Source of the DNA: Acidobacteriota bacterium | GTDB taxonomy: Bacteria; Acidobacteriota; UBA6911; RPQK01; JAJDTT01 | Assembly: GCA_965217775.1 (NCBI GenBank) | Contig: CBDCJH010000002.1 | Span: 5,824,001 to 5,888,000, forward strand | DNA length: 64,000 nucleotides | Direction: 5' to 3' | Shown: piece by piece, positions 9,874 through 19,050 of the stretch | Numbering within the stretch: the stretch's first letter is position 1 | Layout of the letters: every line of letters begins with the position of its first letter | The notes under the pieces: generated by a model | What the model was told of the DNA's origin: nothing | Database searches by the model: none | What the model saw: only the letters and a program-made list of their open reading frames with translations | Position numbers and translations under genes: made by a program

Positions 9874-12060
9874 ATGTCAGCGGTTTCTGGAACAGCATCT
9901 CCGTCCCTGTCCCGCATCACGTTGGATTCCCCTGAAGCCTATCTCAACCGGGAGTTGAGCTGGCTGGGCTTCGCCAGCCGCGTCGTCGCCCTGGTCGAGA
10001 ATCGTGAACTTCCCCTCCTCGAGCGGGTCAAGTTCGCCGGGATCGCCGGCATGCTTCATGACGAGTTTTTCATGAAGCGGATCAGCGGACTGAAGCGCCA
10101 GATCCGAAATCGCTCCAAGAAAACCACCATCGACGGCCGCTCACCCGAAACCGTGTTCCGGGCCTGTCAGGCCGAACTGCGGAAACAGTCCAGGAGGCTG
10201 GGCGAGACGCTATTGGGGGATCTGGGCCCGGCCATGGCGGCCGAGGGAGTGGGAATTGTCGATTACGATCAGTTGGAGGCGTCGCTGAGACAGCATCTGC
10301 GCGAATATTTCCAGGATTCGGTGATGCCGATCCTGACGCCGCTGGCCGTGGACCCGGAGCATCCCTTCCCCTTCATCAGCAACCTGGGACTCAATCTGGC
10401 GATTCTCTTCCCCGATGACGATGGACGCGAGCGGTTCGTCCGGATCAAGGTGCCGGACAATCGTCCCCGCTGGGTTCCCCTCGCGGACGATTCCGGCTTC
10501 ACGCCCTTGGAGCAGGTCATTGCCGGGAACATCGATCTGCTGTACCCGGAGATCCCTCCTCTGGGAATCTACGCCTTCCGCGTGACCAGAGGCAGCTCGG
10601 GAGACCCGGACCGCTTCCGGGATCTTTTGGAGGACGAGTCCCAGGCACCGGGCAGCATCATTCAGCAAGTGAGCAGCGAACTGAAGGCCAGACGCTTTGC
10701 AGGTGCGGTCCGGCTCCAGGTGAATCGGGACATGCCGGCGAAGCTCGGCGAGTGGCTGGTCCGGCAGTTGGAGATGGATTCCGATGACGTCTATCCCACA
10801 AGGCAGTTGCTCAGACTCAGCGACTTGGCCGAAATCAATCCGGGAGACCACGAGGACCTTCGTTTTCCGCCCCATCGTCCCATGACACATCCCCGCCTGC
10901 GTCCCCTGGAATTTGGCCACCCCACCGCCATCTTCCAAGAGATCGGACGAGGCGACATTCTGCTCCATCATCCGTATTACAGCTTCGATACCTCGGTCCT
11001 GAGGTTCATCGAGGCCGCCGCCATCGATCCGGACGTCCTGGCCATCAAGCTGACCATCTACCGGACCAGCGGCGATTCGCCCATCGTCAAGGCGCTGGCC
11101 GAAGCCGCCCGGAGAGGCAAGCAGGTGGCGGTGCTGGTGGAGGTGACGGCTCGATTCGACGAGGCTCCCAACATCGCGTGGGGGAAGTATCTGGAAAACG
11201 AGGGCGTCCACGTGGCTTACGGCGTGGAGCGGCTCAAGACCCACGTCAAGCTGGCCCTGGTGCTTCGAGAGGAAGGGCAGGGGAGGATCCGCTATTACGC
11301 CCACGTGGGAACGGGCAACTACCATACGGGAACGGCGAAAGTGTACGAGGACGTGGGGATCCTGACCTCCGACCCGGAGGTCTGCCGCGACATCGCGGCG
11401 GTCTTCAACTCGCTGACGGGAAAGACGCCGCACACTCGGTACTCGCAGATGATCGTCGCCCCGGTGGCCATGCGCAAACGATTCAATCAGCTCATCCGCC
11501 GAGAAGCCGAACACGCGGCCGCCGGTAGGCCTTGCGGCATCGACGCCAAGATGAATCAGCTTCAGGACGCGGGAATCATTCGGGAACTCTACCGGGCCGG
11601 ACAGGCCGGAGTACCCATCTCCCTGAACATTCGGGGTCTCTGCTGTCTCAGGCCGGGAGTCCCAGTGCTTTCCGAGAACATTCGGGTGTTCAGTGTCCTG
11701 GGGCGCTTTCTGGAGCACAGCCGGATCTACCGATTCGTCAACGGCGGCGATCCCGAGGTCTTCATCGGCTCTGCGGACTGGATGAAGCGGAACCTGAAGA
11801 AAAGGGTGGAGACCGTGGTGCCGGTTCGGGACCCGGCCTTGAAGCAGGAGCTGGACGAAATCCTGCAGGTCTACGAGCGAGACAATGCGTCGGCCTGGGA
11901 CTGCCGGCCGGATGGAACGTATATGGGCCGGTCGCCTGAACCTGGACAGCCATCGCGCGCGGCCCAGGAAGTCTTCATCGAGCGGGCCGGCAGCACATCG
12001 GATCTCGCCGGCCTGCAATCCGGGCATCGATGGAGCAAGACGACACTCCGGCATTTCTGA
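9874..12060 (+). CDS. ppk1: polyphosphate kinase 1
   Basis: YLNRELSWL, HPFPFISN, LLHHPY, ARFDE, KTHVK and RFLEHSRIY motifs. Confidence 0.95.
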   Translation: MSAVSGTASPSLSRITLDSPEAYLNRELSWLGFASRVVALVENRELPLLERVKFAGIAGMLHDEFFMKRISGLKRQIRNRSKKTTIDGRSPETVFRACQAELRKQSRRLGETLLGDLGPAMAAEGVGIVDYDQLEASLRQHLREYFQDSVMPILTPLAVDPEHPFPFISNLGLNLAILFPDDDGRERFVRIKVPDNRPRWVPLADDSGFTPLEQVIAGNIDLLYPEIPPLGIYAFRVTRGSSGDPDRFRDLLEDESQAPGSIIQQVSSELKARRFAGAVRLQVNRDMPAKLGEWLVRQLEMDSDDVYPTRQLLRLSDLAEINPGDHEDLRFPPHRPMTHPRLRPLEFGHPTAIFQEIGRGDILLHHPYYSFDTSVLRFIEAAAIDPDVLAIKLTIYRTSGDSPIVKALAEAARRGKQVAVLVEVTARFDEAPNIAWGKYLENEGVHVAYGVERLKTHVKLALVLREEGQGRIRYYAHVGTGNYHTGTAKVYEDVGILTSDPEVCRDIAAVFNSLTGKTPHTRYSQMIVAPVAMRKRFNQLIRREAEHAAAGRPCGIDAKMNQLQDAGIIRELYRAGQAGVPISLNIRGLCCLRPGVPVLSENIRVFSVLGRFLEHSRIYRFVNGGDPEVFIGSADWMKRNLKKRVETVVPVRDPALKQELDEILQVYERDNASAWDCRPDGTYMGRSPEPGQPSRAAQEVFIERAGSTSDLAGLQSGHRWSKTTLRHF

Positions 12061-12214
12061 AGTGCTTCCCCACCGTTGGGACGGCTCGCCACTTCCCTGC
12101 TTCCAAATTTGTTCTGATTTTCTTGGGATCCTCAGCCCGGCATCACGTTGCGTAGGGCATTCTGACGGAACCGGTTGCTACTCTCTGGAGGGTGGCAACG
12201 GGCCGCTGGATGCC

Positions 12215-12495
12215 ATGAGCAATCTGCTGCCGCAAGATCGGCCGACCAGGGTCGACGAGTCGTTGGCTCGACTGGGGGTCCAACCCGGGCGGGTCCGGAC
12301 CTACCCTTTCTCCGAAGGGGACGTTACGGCGGGGTCGGAGACGGAACTCCAGGCCGCCGTCATCGGGACGGCGGAACGAGTCGACCTGCCCCTCACCATA
12401 CGGCAGTCCAACTATTTCGCCAACGTGGTCCGCCGGGCCGCCGCCGGAGACACGTGCCGCCGGGCCATCATCCGGTTGGAGGCCCATCTCGAGAG
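12215..12495 (+). pseudogene. 5' remnant of a conserved hypothetical gene
   Basis: YPFSEGDVTAGSETELQAAVIG...VDLPLTIRQSNYFANVVRR looks like the N-terminus of a much longer protein I recall from deltaproteobacteria. Protein-like sequence stops abruptly near 12495. Confidence 0.5.
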
Positions 12496-12720
12496 CGGGT
12501 CTGGACGGCGCCAAGGTGGTTCCGGTTCAAGCCTTGAGCGCCCTGGCCCTGGTCTTGTCCGGTCTGGCGGGAGTGTCTCTCTTCCTGCACTCCCGCTACG
12601 GCGCCGCCGTGCTGGTCACGGCCCTGGTTTCCCAACTATGGCGAGCCTATTCGGAAGGACTCCGGGCCGATTTCCGAGGGGACCATCCGGTCTCCGCCTA
12701 TCGGATTCTGAGCCTGGCGG
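12496..12720 (+). pseudogene. internal remnant of a membrane protein (Lgt-like family)
   Basis: GLDGAKVVPVQA...SQLWRAYSEGLRADFRG...SAYRIL; hydrophobic, with the Lgt-like PxQ and R-x2-3-E-x2-R motifs; no start codon of its own. Confidence 0.5.
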
Positions 12721-12821
12721 CGGCGGCCGGCGCCGTGGATGATTTTTCCACGGGCTTTTCACCCCAGCTTCATCCAATCGGAGGCTTCGCATCGGCCCTC
12801 GCTGATAATGTATTTCACGGG

Positions 12822-14063
12822 ATGAGTTCACCGCATCGGAGGTCTTCCGGTTCCGAACAGGCTCCCGGCACGCCGGTCGCCGGCTCCAAGCCCGTGGTGC
12901 TGGGCAGATCCGGTCCGTTGCCGAGAACGGCCATATTCACCGACACCCTGGACCAGGTGAATGGCGTGTCCAACACCTACCAGTACCTGGCGGCCTACTG
13001 CCGGCGGCGAAAGATCGACCTGGACTTCTACACCTATGGTTCGCGGACGTCTCTGGAGCAGCAGGGTTCGGTCCGGATCTTTCGCTACCGGCCCCGGCTC
13101 CCTATTCGTTATTACGCCGGCCTGGTCTTCGACCTTTGGACGCCCCGAGGAAACCTCCAGGAAGATTGCCGCGAGGGAGGATACGACCTGATCCACGCGG
13201 CGACCCCGGGGTCCATGGGCCTCAACGCCCTGGCCGCCGCCGCCAAGCTGGGACTTCCCCTGGTGGGCGTGTACCACACGGCTCTGCCCGAGTACGTGGG
13301 AACCCGACGGCGGAGTCTCATGGCGAGGCTGGGGCTTCCCTCCGATCTCCTGGAGCAGTCCACGTTGGAGGGTTGCTGGAAGTTCGTCGAGTGGTACTAC
13401 CGGCATTGCGAGAAGGTCCTGGCTCCGTCCCGCAGCATCGCCCGGACCCTGGGACGGAGGATCCGTGTCCCCATGGATTGCTTCTCCCGGGGCGTCGACA
13501 CGCGGAGATTCAGTCCGGAGCATCGCCGGGAGTCCTCCCGGACCACGGTCCTCTACGTGGGCCGCGTCTCGGTGGAGAAGAACCTTCCGTTGCTGGCGCG
13601 GATCTTTCGACGGCATGGTGACGCCCGCCTGCAGGTGGTGGGAGACGGACCCTTTCGCAATCGTATGGAGCGGGAAGCGCCGGCTGCGAACTTCACCGGA
13701 TTTCTGACCGGACTCGAACTGAGCCGGGCCTACGCGTCGGCGGATCTGTTCGCCTTCCCTTCGGAGACCGACACCTTCGGCAACGTGGTTCTGGAGGCCA
13801 TGAGTTCGGGCCTGCCGGTCGTCGTCACCGACAAGATGGGCCCCAAGGAACTGGTCGAACACGGTTCCAACGGTTTCGTCGCGTCCAATGACCAGGAGTT
13901 CGAACTCTACCTGAATCGATTGATCCAGGACGAGGCGCTACGAGGAGACCTGGGTGCCCGATCCCGGGAGATGGCGCTGGAGCGGACCTGGGACGCGGTC
14001 TTCGAATCGCTGTTCGACTGCTACCGGGAAGTCGTCCAGGGGCATCGGGAACGAGTGGCGTAG
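12822..14063 (+). CDS. glycosyltransferase family 4 (GT-B)
   Basis: AIFTDTLDQVNGVS, HAATPG, YVGRVSVEKNL and DTFGNVVLEAMSSGLPVV motifs. Confidence 0.92.
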   Translation: MSSPHRRSSGSEQAPGTPVAGSKPVVLGRSGPLPRTAIFTDTLDQVNGVSNTYQYLAAYCRRRKIDLDFYTYGSRTSLEQQGSVRIFRYRPRLPIRYYAGLVFDLWTPRGNLQEDCREGGYDLIHAATPGSMGLNALAAAAKLGLPLVGVYHTALPEYVGTRRRSLMARLGLPSDLLEQSTLEGCWKFVEWYYRHCEKVLAPSRSIARTLGRRIRVPMDCFSRGVDTRRFSPEHRRESSRTTVLYVGRVSVEKNLPLLARIFRRHGDARLQVVGDGPFRNRMEREAPAANFTGFLTGLELSRAYASADLFAFPSETDTFGNVVLEAMSSGLPVVVTDKMGPKELVEHGSNGFVASNDQEFELYLNRLIQDEALRGDLGARSREMALERTWDAVFESLFDCYREVVQGHRERVA

Positions 14064-14163
14064 TCCGGATCGGTTCGCCGAATCCAAGACGGAAAGGAGA
14101 TCCAGGGTGAGACCATCACTGGGGACAGGTTCGACCGGCGGCGCCTCCGGCTATGGGAAGCGC

Positions 14164-15141
14164 ATGATCTCTTCGCGCAAGGCCCGCCGGCTCGTGGCTC
14201 AAGGATGGAAGGCCGCGGACCTGCACGTCCACACCCGTTTTTCGTATGACGTCATCGCCGACACCTCCGTCGACCCCCGATTCCTCTACCAGAAGGCGAG
14301 GGATGCGGGAATGTCGTTCGTGACCTTCACCGACCACGACACGATGGCGGCTTACGACTGCATCGGCTGGGAACGGTCTGCTCTGGTGCCGGCGGTGGAG
14401 GTCAAGATCCTGGACCTTGCCCGGGTCGGACACACCATCCACATCAACGTCTACCTGCTGGACCACCGCCAATTCCGGGAGATCGAACGGATCGCCCGGC
14501 AGGCGCAGGATCTGGAACTGCTGGTGACCTACCTGAACGACAACGATCTTCCCTATACCTACAATCACCCGTTCTGGTTCGAGTTCGGTGAGCAGCCGAA
14601 CCTCAAGATGGTGCCCCAGCTCTTCGAAATCTTTCCCGTCGTGGAATACAACATGCACCGGGTCCGGAGAATGAACCGTCTGACTCTGGAATTGGCCGAG
14701 AGGTACGGCGTGGGCATGGTGTCGGCGACCGACACCCATACCGGACAGATCGCCCGAGCCTACACCCTGGCTCAGGGAGAGACCTTCCGGGAGTACTTCG
14801 AGAATATCAAGGCCGGGAACTTCTATCTGGTGGCCCGGGATCTGACTGCCGAGATGCTCACCTCGGAGACCTTGGCCTGGCTGGACGCCGCCTTTTGGAA
14901 CTCGGGATACGATTTCGGAATGGGCAAGCGGTTGATCACCGGGGTCGGCCGGATAGACCAGGGAGTGAGGGTGGTCCTGCGAGGAGAACTCAAGCATCGG
15001 CCCCGTCTGCGAGCCCTGATCTGGGGTCTGATCCACTTGGTGTCCGTCACCCGGATTCCGGCGTTCGTCTACGTTTCGACCCAACGGGCCGCCGGCCGCA
15101 GGGTGGTCCGCGAGATGCGCCTGGCAGGGGCGATTTCGTGA
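14164..15141 (+). CDS. PHP domain metal-dependent phosphoesterase
   Basis: DLHVHT, TFTDHD, YNHPF and ATDTH motifs. Confidence 0.85.
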   Translation: MISSRKARRLVAQGWKAADLHVHTRFSYDVIADTSVDPRFLYQKARDAGMSFVTFTDHDTMAAYDCIGWERSALVPAVEVKILDLARVGHTIHINVYLLDHRQFREIERIARQAQDLELLVTYLNDNDLPYTYNHPFWFEFGEQPNLKMVPQLFEIFPVVEYNMHRVRRMNRLTLELAERYGVGMVSATDTHTGQIARAYTLAQGETFREYFENIKAGNFYLVARDLTAEMLTSETLAWLDAAFWNSGYDFGMGKRLITGVGRIDQGVRVVLRGELKHRPRLRALIWGLIHLVSVTRIPAFVYVSTQRAAGRRVVREMRLAGAIS

Positions 15142-15223
15142 CCATCTGGCCGATACTGGTTCTGGCCTCGGGTCTTCCTTCACGCGGGACAGGCTTCGGT
15201 CCGCGGCAACTGACCAACTCAGG

Positions 15224-16582
15224 TTACACGTCCGAAAGGAGCTCCACCTGCCCGGTGCTGTCGCCGATGCGCTCGACCGGAACTCCCAGTTGGCTCAGAA
15301 CCGTCATATAGAGGTTCGTCAGCGGAGTCCCCTCCTCGAACCCAACGTGACGGCCTCCCTTGATCCGTCCCGCGCCCCCGCCGGCCAACAGAAGGGGCAG
15401 GTTGCGGGGAGTGTGCAGGTCGCTGTCGCTCATGCCGCTTCCGTAGAGGAGGGTCACCTGGTCCAGCAGCGAGCCGTCCCCCTCGGGGGTGGATCGCAGC
15501 TGCTCCAGGAAATAGGCGAACATCCGCATGTGGAGAATGCTGACTCGAGTCAGTTTTTCCAGCTTTTCCGGATCGTTCTGGTGATGGGAGAGGGGATGGT
15601 GGGGATCGGGGACTCCGATCTCGGGATAGGTCCGCTGGCTCAGCTCCCGTCCCATCATGAAGGTGATGACGCGGGTGAGGTCCGACTGGTACGCCAGGAC
15701 CTGGAGGTCGATCATCAGCTTGGCATGCGCTTCGAAGCTGCCGGGGATCCCGGCGGGTCGATCCAGCACCGCCGCCTGCCTGCCGGCTTGGGTTTCCGCG
15801 ATCTGGATCCTCCGCTCCACGTCCCGAACCGCGTCCAGGTATTCGACCAGCTTGTTGCGGTCGCCGGCGCCGATCCGCGATTGCAGCCGGGCCGCTTTCC
15901 GGGTGACCGAATCCAGAATGCTTCGTTTGGTCCGGATTCGGCGGAGCCGCTCGGCCGGGTCGGTGCTCTCCTGGTCGCCGAAGAGGCGTTCGAAGACCGC
16001 CCGGGGGTTGTTCTCCGTGGGCAGGGGAGTGGTGGAGTTCCGCCAGGAGAGCGTGTTGATGTAGGAGCAACTGTAGCCGACGTCGCAGGCTCCCGCCAGG
16101 TCGGTCGCCTCCAGTCCCAATTCCAGCGACGCCAGTTGTGTGTGCCGGCCGTATTGGCCAGCCGCGATCTGGTCGAACGAGACTCCGGCTTCGACCCCGG
16201 CCCCCTCCGTCGGCTTCACGTGTACGCCGGTCAGAAACGCGCCCCCGATCCGTCCATGTCCACCGGCGGGTTCGCCGGGCAGCGCCACGGCCGGCTCGTT
16301 GCTGAGTCCGGTCAAGACCAGAATGCGGTCCTTGAACGGAGTCAACGGGTCCAGGATGGGGGTGAATTCGAACTCGGCTCCCTGGGCTGCAGGGGTCCAA
16401 CTCTCCATCACCGCTCCATGAGGCACATAGACCACTCCCAGACGGTCCGCCGGGGGACTCGTCCCGGCACGTCCGGCGGCCAAGGCCGGCACCATACTGT
16501 CCAACAGGGGCAGTCCGATGGCGGCGCCCAGCCCGCGGAGGAACGTGCGGCGGGGCAGGGAGATCTTGCGGATGATCCTCAT
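15224..16582 (-). CDS. DUF1552 family protein (Tat-like signal)
   Basis: LPRRTFLRGLG...LPLLDSM, CDVGYSCSY, NPRAVFERLFG and HHPLSHH motifs; overlaps the DUF1592 gene. Confidence 0.88.
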   Translation of the reverse strand: MRIIRKISLPRRTFLRGLGAAIGLPLLDSMVPALAAGRAGTSPPADRLGVVYVPHGAVMESWTPAAQGAEFEFTPILDPLTPFKDRILVLTGLSNEPAVALPGEPAGGHGRIGGAFLTGVHVKPTEGAGVEAGVSFDQIAAGQYGRHTQLASLELGLEATDLAGACDVGYSCSYINTLSWRNSTTPLPTENNPRAVFERLFGDQESTDPAERLRRIRTKRSILDSVTRKAARLQSRIGAGDRNKLVEYLDAVRDVERRIQIAETQAGRQAAVLDRPAGIPGSFEAHAKLMIDLQVLAYQSDLTRVITFMMGRELSQRTYPEIGVPDPHHPLSHHQNDPEKLEKLTRVSILHMRMFAYFLEQLRSTPEGDGSLLDQVTLLYGSGMSDSDLHTPRNLPLLLAGGGAGRIKGGRHVGFEEGTPLTNLYMTVLSQLGVPVERIGDSTGQVELLSDV

Positions 16583-18969
16583 GGTCGCGATCTTTTCATT
16601 CGAAACGGGCGACTCTTGACGATGCCCAGAATCAGGGCCGACCAGCGGTAGTTGGACGGCGCCGCTTCCCTCATGATCTCACGGATGGCCGGCATGTCAT
16701 AGGGTTCGACCCCGCGGCCCACGGCATAGGTCAGGAGCTTGCCGGTGAGAGTCTCGACGAACTCCTGGCGGCGGCTCAGAATCAGACTCCTGAGATCAGC
16801 GGGACCTTGAACCGTGGTGCCGTCCGGCAGCGTCGCCTGGGTATCGATGGGAACATCGCCCTGGTCGCGGTCGCGCCACCTGCCGACGGCGTCGAAATTC
16901 TCCAGCGCGAAACCGAGGGGGTCCATCAGGCGGTGGCAGCTCGAGCAGGCCGGGTTCCTGGAATGCTGCTCCATCAGCTCCCGAGTCGAAGTGGGACGAT
17001 CCATCTCGCCATGCTCCGGCAACTCGGGCACGTTGGCCGGCGGAGGAGGGACCCGGGTTCCCAGAATGTTCTCCAGCAGCCACTTGCCCCGCAGCACCGG
17101 CGAAGTGCGGGTGGCGTAGGAAGTGACAGTCAGGATGCTGCCCTGACCCAGCAGGCCCCGGCGCCGCTCATCTTGCAGTTTCACCTTTCGAAAGTGGTTC
17201 CCGTAGACTCGGGGAATTCCGTAGTGCCGGGCCAGACGTTGGTTGACAAAGGTGTAGTCGGCGTTCAGCAGGCCGGTCACGCTCCGATCGAGTCGCAGTT
17301 GGCTCTCCAGGAACAGCTCCGTCTCCTGCCGGAGCGCCTCCCGAAGATTGTCGTCCCATTCCGGGTACCGGTTCTCGTCCGGGGTCACGGCCCGGAGGTT
17401 TCGGAGATGCAGCCACTGGGTTGCGAAGTTCGTCACCAGGGCCTTGGACCGGGTGTCGGCGAGCATCCGCCTGACCTGGACTTCCAGCTCGTCGGGATCG
17501 CTCAGCCTCCCATCGGCCGCGGCCCCCAGCAGCACCTCGTCGGGGACGCTGCTCCAGAGGAAGAAGGACAGCCGGGATGCCAAGTCCAGGCCGCTGAGGT
17601 TGAAGGCGGTCGACGGCGGCGCCGTCGCCGGGTCGCGCTCGAGCCGGAACAGGAACTCCGGATCGACCAGGATCCTCTCCAGCACCGACTGGATGCCGGT
17701 GTCGAAGCCGCCTCGGCTTCGGCCCTCCCGGTAGAACTCGAGCAAGGGTTCGATGTCGTCGTTCGTCACCGGCCGACGATAGGCACGGCGGGCCAGGTTG
17801 GCCAGGATCCGCCGGGCGCAGTCCAACTCGTCGGCTTCTCCCGCCGAGAGCGGACGGCAGATGAAGATTCGCCTGCGACTGGGAGTGTCACCGGAGCCCT
17901 GAACCCGAATGGGTCCGTCGATCCGGAGGCTGCGCACGCCCCAATCGGAATAGCCGCCGCGCAGACTGCCGACGGGCAGCCGCGCCGGGCCCAAGCCCTC
18001 GGGCGCCGGCGTTCTCTGGAGGAACGAAACCCCCACCGTCCGGGTCCCCGCCCCGGCCGAAAACCGGACCGTCGGATCCGGCGCCGCCGGCTGCCCGTAA
18101 GCTGAGCTCCGGTCGTACCACTCCAGACGAATGAGCCGGAGCCGCTTCCCGTCCAAACGGACATCCAGTTCCCGAGTTTGGCTGGTTCGGCGCCGTTGGA
18201 GTGAGATCGTCAGCACGTACTCGCCGTCCAGCGGGAAACGATGACGGATCGCCAGTCCTCCTCCGGAACCGAACGGGAGCTCCTCGCTCATGCGGCCGGA
18301 CTGCACTGCGAGCGGCGACGTCGTGTAAGTGGTGGCTGCGGGGTTCAGCGCGGGATCGCCGACGACGAGCCGGCTGATCTTCCGGGCCGCCGACAGGTAT
18401 CTTTCCACGAGCAATGGAGAGAAGGAGAGGGTATCGGCGATGGTGTCGAAGCCGAACGCCAGATCGTCGGGCGGCAACAGCGATGGACCGTCGATCTCCA
18501 GCGCCAGCAGGTCCCGAATGGAATTGACGTATTGGGTACGGGTCAGGCGGTAGGCCGCCGGCCGGCCCGGGTCGGGATCGTTCTCCGCCGCCCGGTCGAG
18601 CTCCGATTCCAGCCAGGAGCTGAACGCCGAGCGGTCGTCGACCGGCGGACGGGGCATCCCCTCCGGCGGCATCACCCCGGTTCTGAGCTGGCGCACCACC
18701 TTCTCCCAGACCGGAGCGTCGTCACCGACCCGAGCCAGGTCCAAATGATCGAACTCGACTCCGGCGGTCTTGAGTTGCCGGTTGTGACAACTGGCGCAGT
18801 AGAGGTCCAGGAGCGCCCGGTAAGGGGTCGGCGGCGTTGAGCCAGGGGTGGAAGTTTGCAGCCCGAGTCCGGCGCCGGCACTCCCGGAGGCGCCTTTGCC
18901 CGATGCTTGCGGCTGAAGGGTCCCGGCCAGGAAGAGTCCCAGACAGGCAACGATTATCCTGGAAATCAT
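16579..18969 (-). CDS. DUF1592/1588/1595-type c-type cytochrome-like protein
   Basis: Signal peptide, CASCH and CSSCH heme motifs, LASRLSFFLWSSVPD, TSPVLRGKW and LENFDAVGRWR. Confidence 0.88.
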   Translation of the reverse strand: MISRIIVACLGLFLAGTLQPQASGKGASGSAGAGLGLQTSTPGSTPPTPYRALLDLYCASCHNRQLKTAGVEFDHLDLARVGDDAPVWEKVVRQLRTGVMPPEGMPRPPVDDRSAFSSWLESELDRAAENDPDPGRPAAYRLTRTQYVNSIRDLLALEIDGPSLLPPDDLAFGFDTIADTLSFSPLLVERYLSAARKISRLVVGDPALNPAATTYTTSPLAVQSGRMSEELPFGSGGGLAIRHRFPLDGEYVLTISLQRRRTSQTRELDVRLDGKRLRLIRLEWYDRSSAYGQPAAPDPTVRFSAGAGTRTVGVSFLQRTPAPEGLGPARLPVGSLRGGYSDWGVRSLRIDGPIRVQGSGDTPSRRRIFICRPLSAGEADELDCARRILANLARRAYRRPVTNDDIEPLLEFYREGRSRGGFDTGIQSVLERILVDPEFLFRLERDPATAPPSTAFNLSGLDLASRLSFFLWSSVPDEVLLGAAADGRLSDPDELEVQVRRMLADTRSKALVTNFATQWLHLRNLRAVTPDENRYPEWDDNLREALRQETELFLESQLRLDRSVTGLLNADYTFVNQRLARHYGIPRVYGNHFRKVKLQDERRRGLLGQGSILTVTSYATRTSPVLRGKWLLENILGTRVPPPPANVPELPEHGEMDRPTSTRELMEQHSRNPACSSCHRLMDPLGFALENFDAVGRWRDRDQGDVPIDTQATLPDGTTVQGPADLRSLILSRRQEFVETLTGKLLTYAVGRGVEPYDMPAIREIMREAAPSNYRWSALILGIVKSRPFRMKRSRP

Positions 18970-19050
18970 GAATTCCCGACCGACTGTGTTCAAAGTATTA
19001 TGGCGACGGCCTGCGATGGCCCGCAAGCGCTTCGCAAGGGTTCGACTGGG

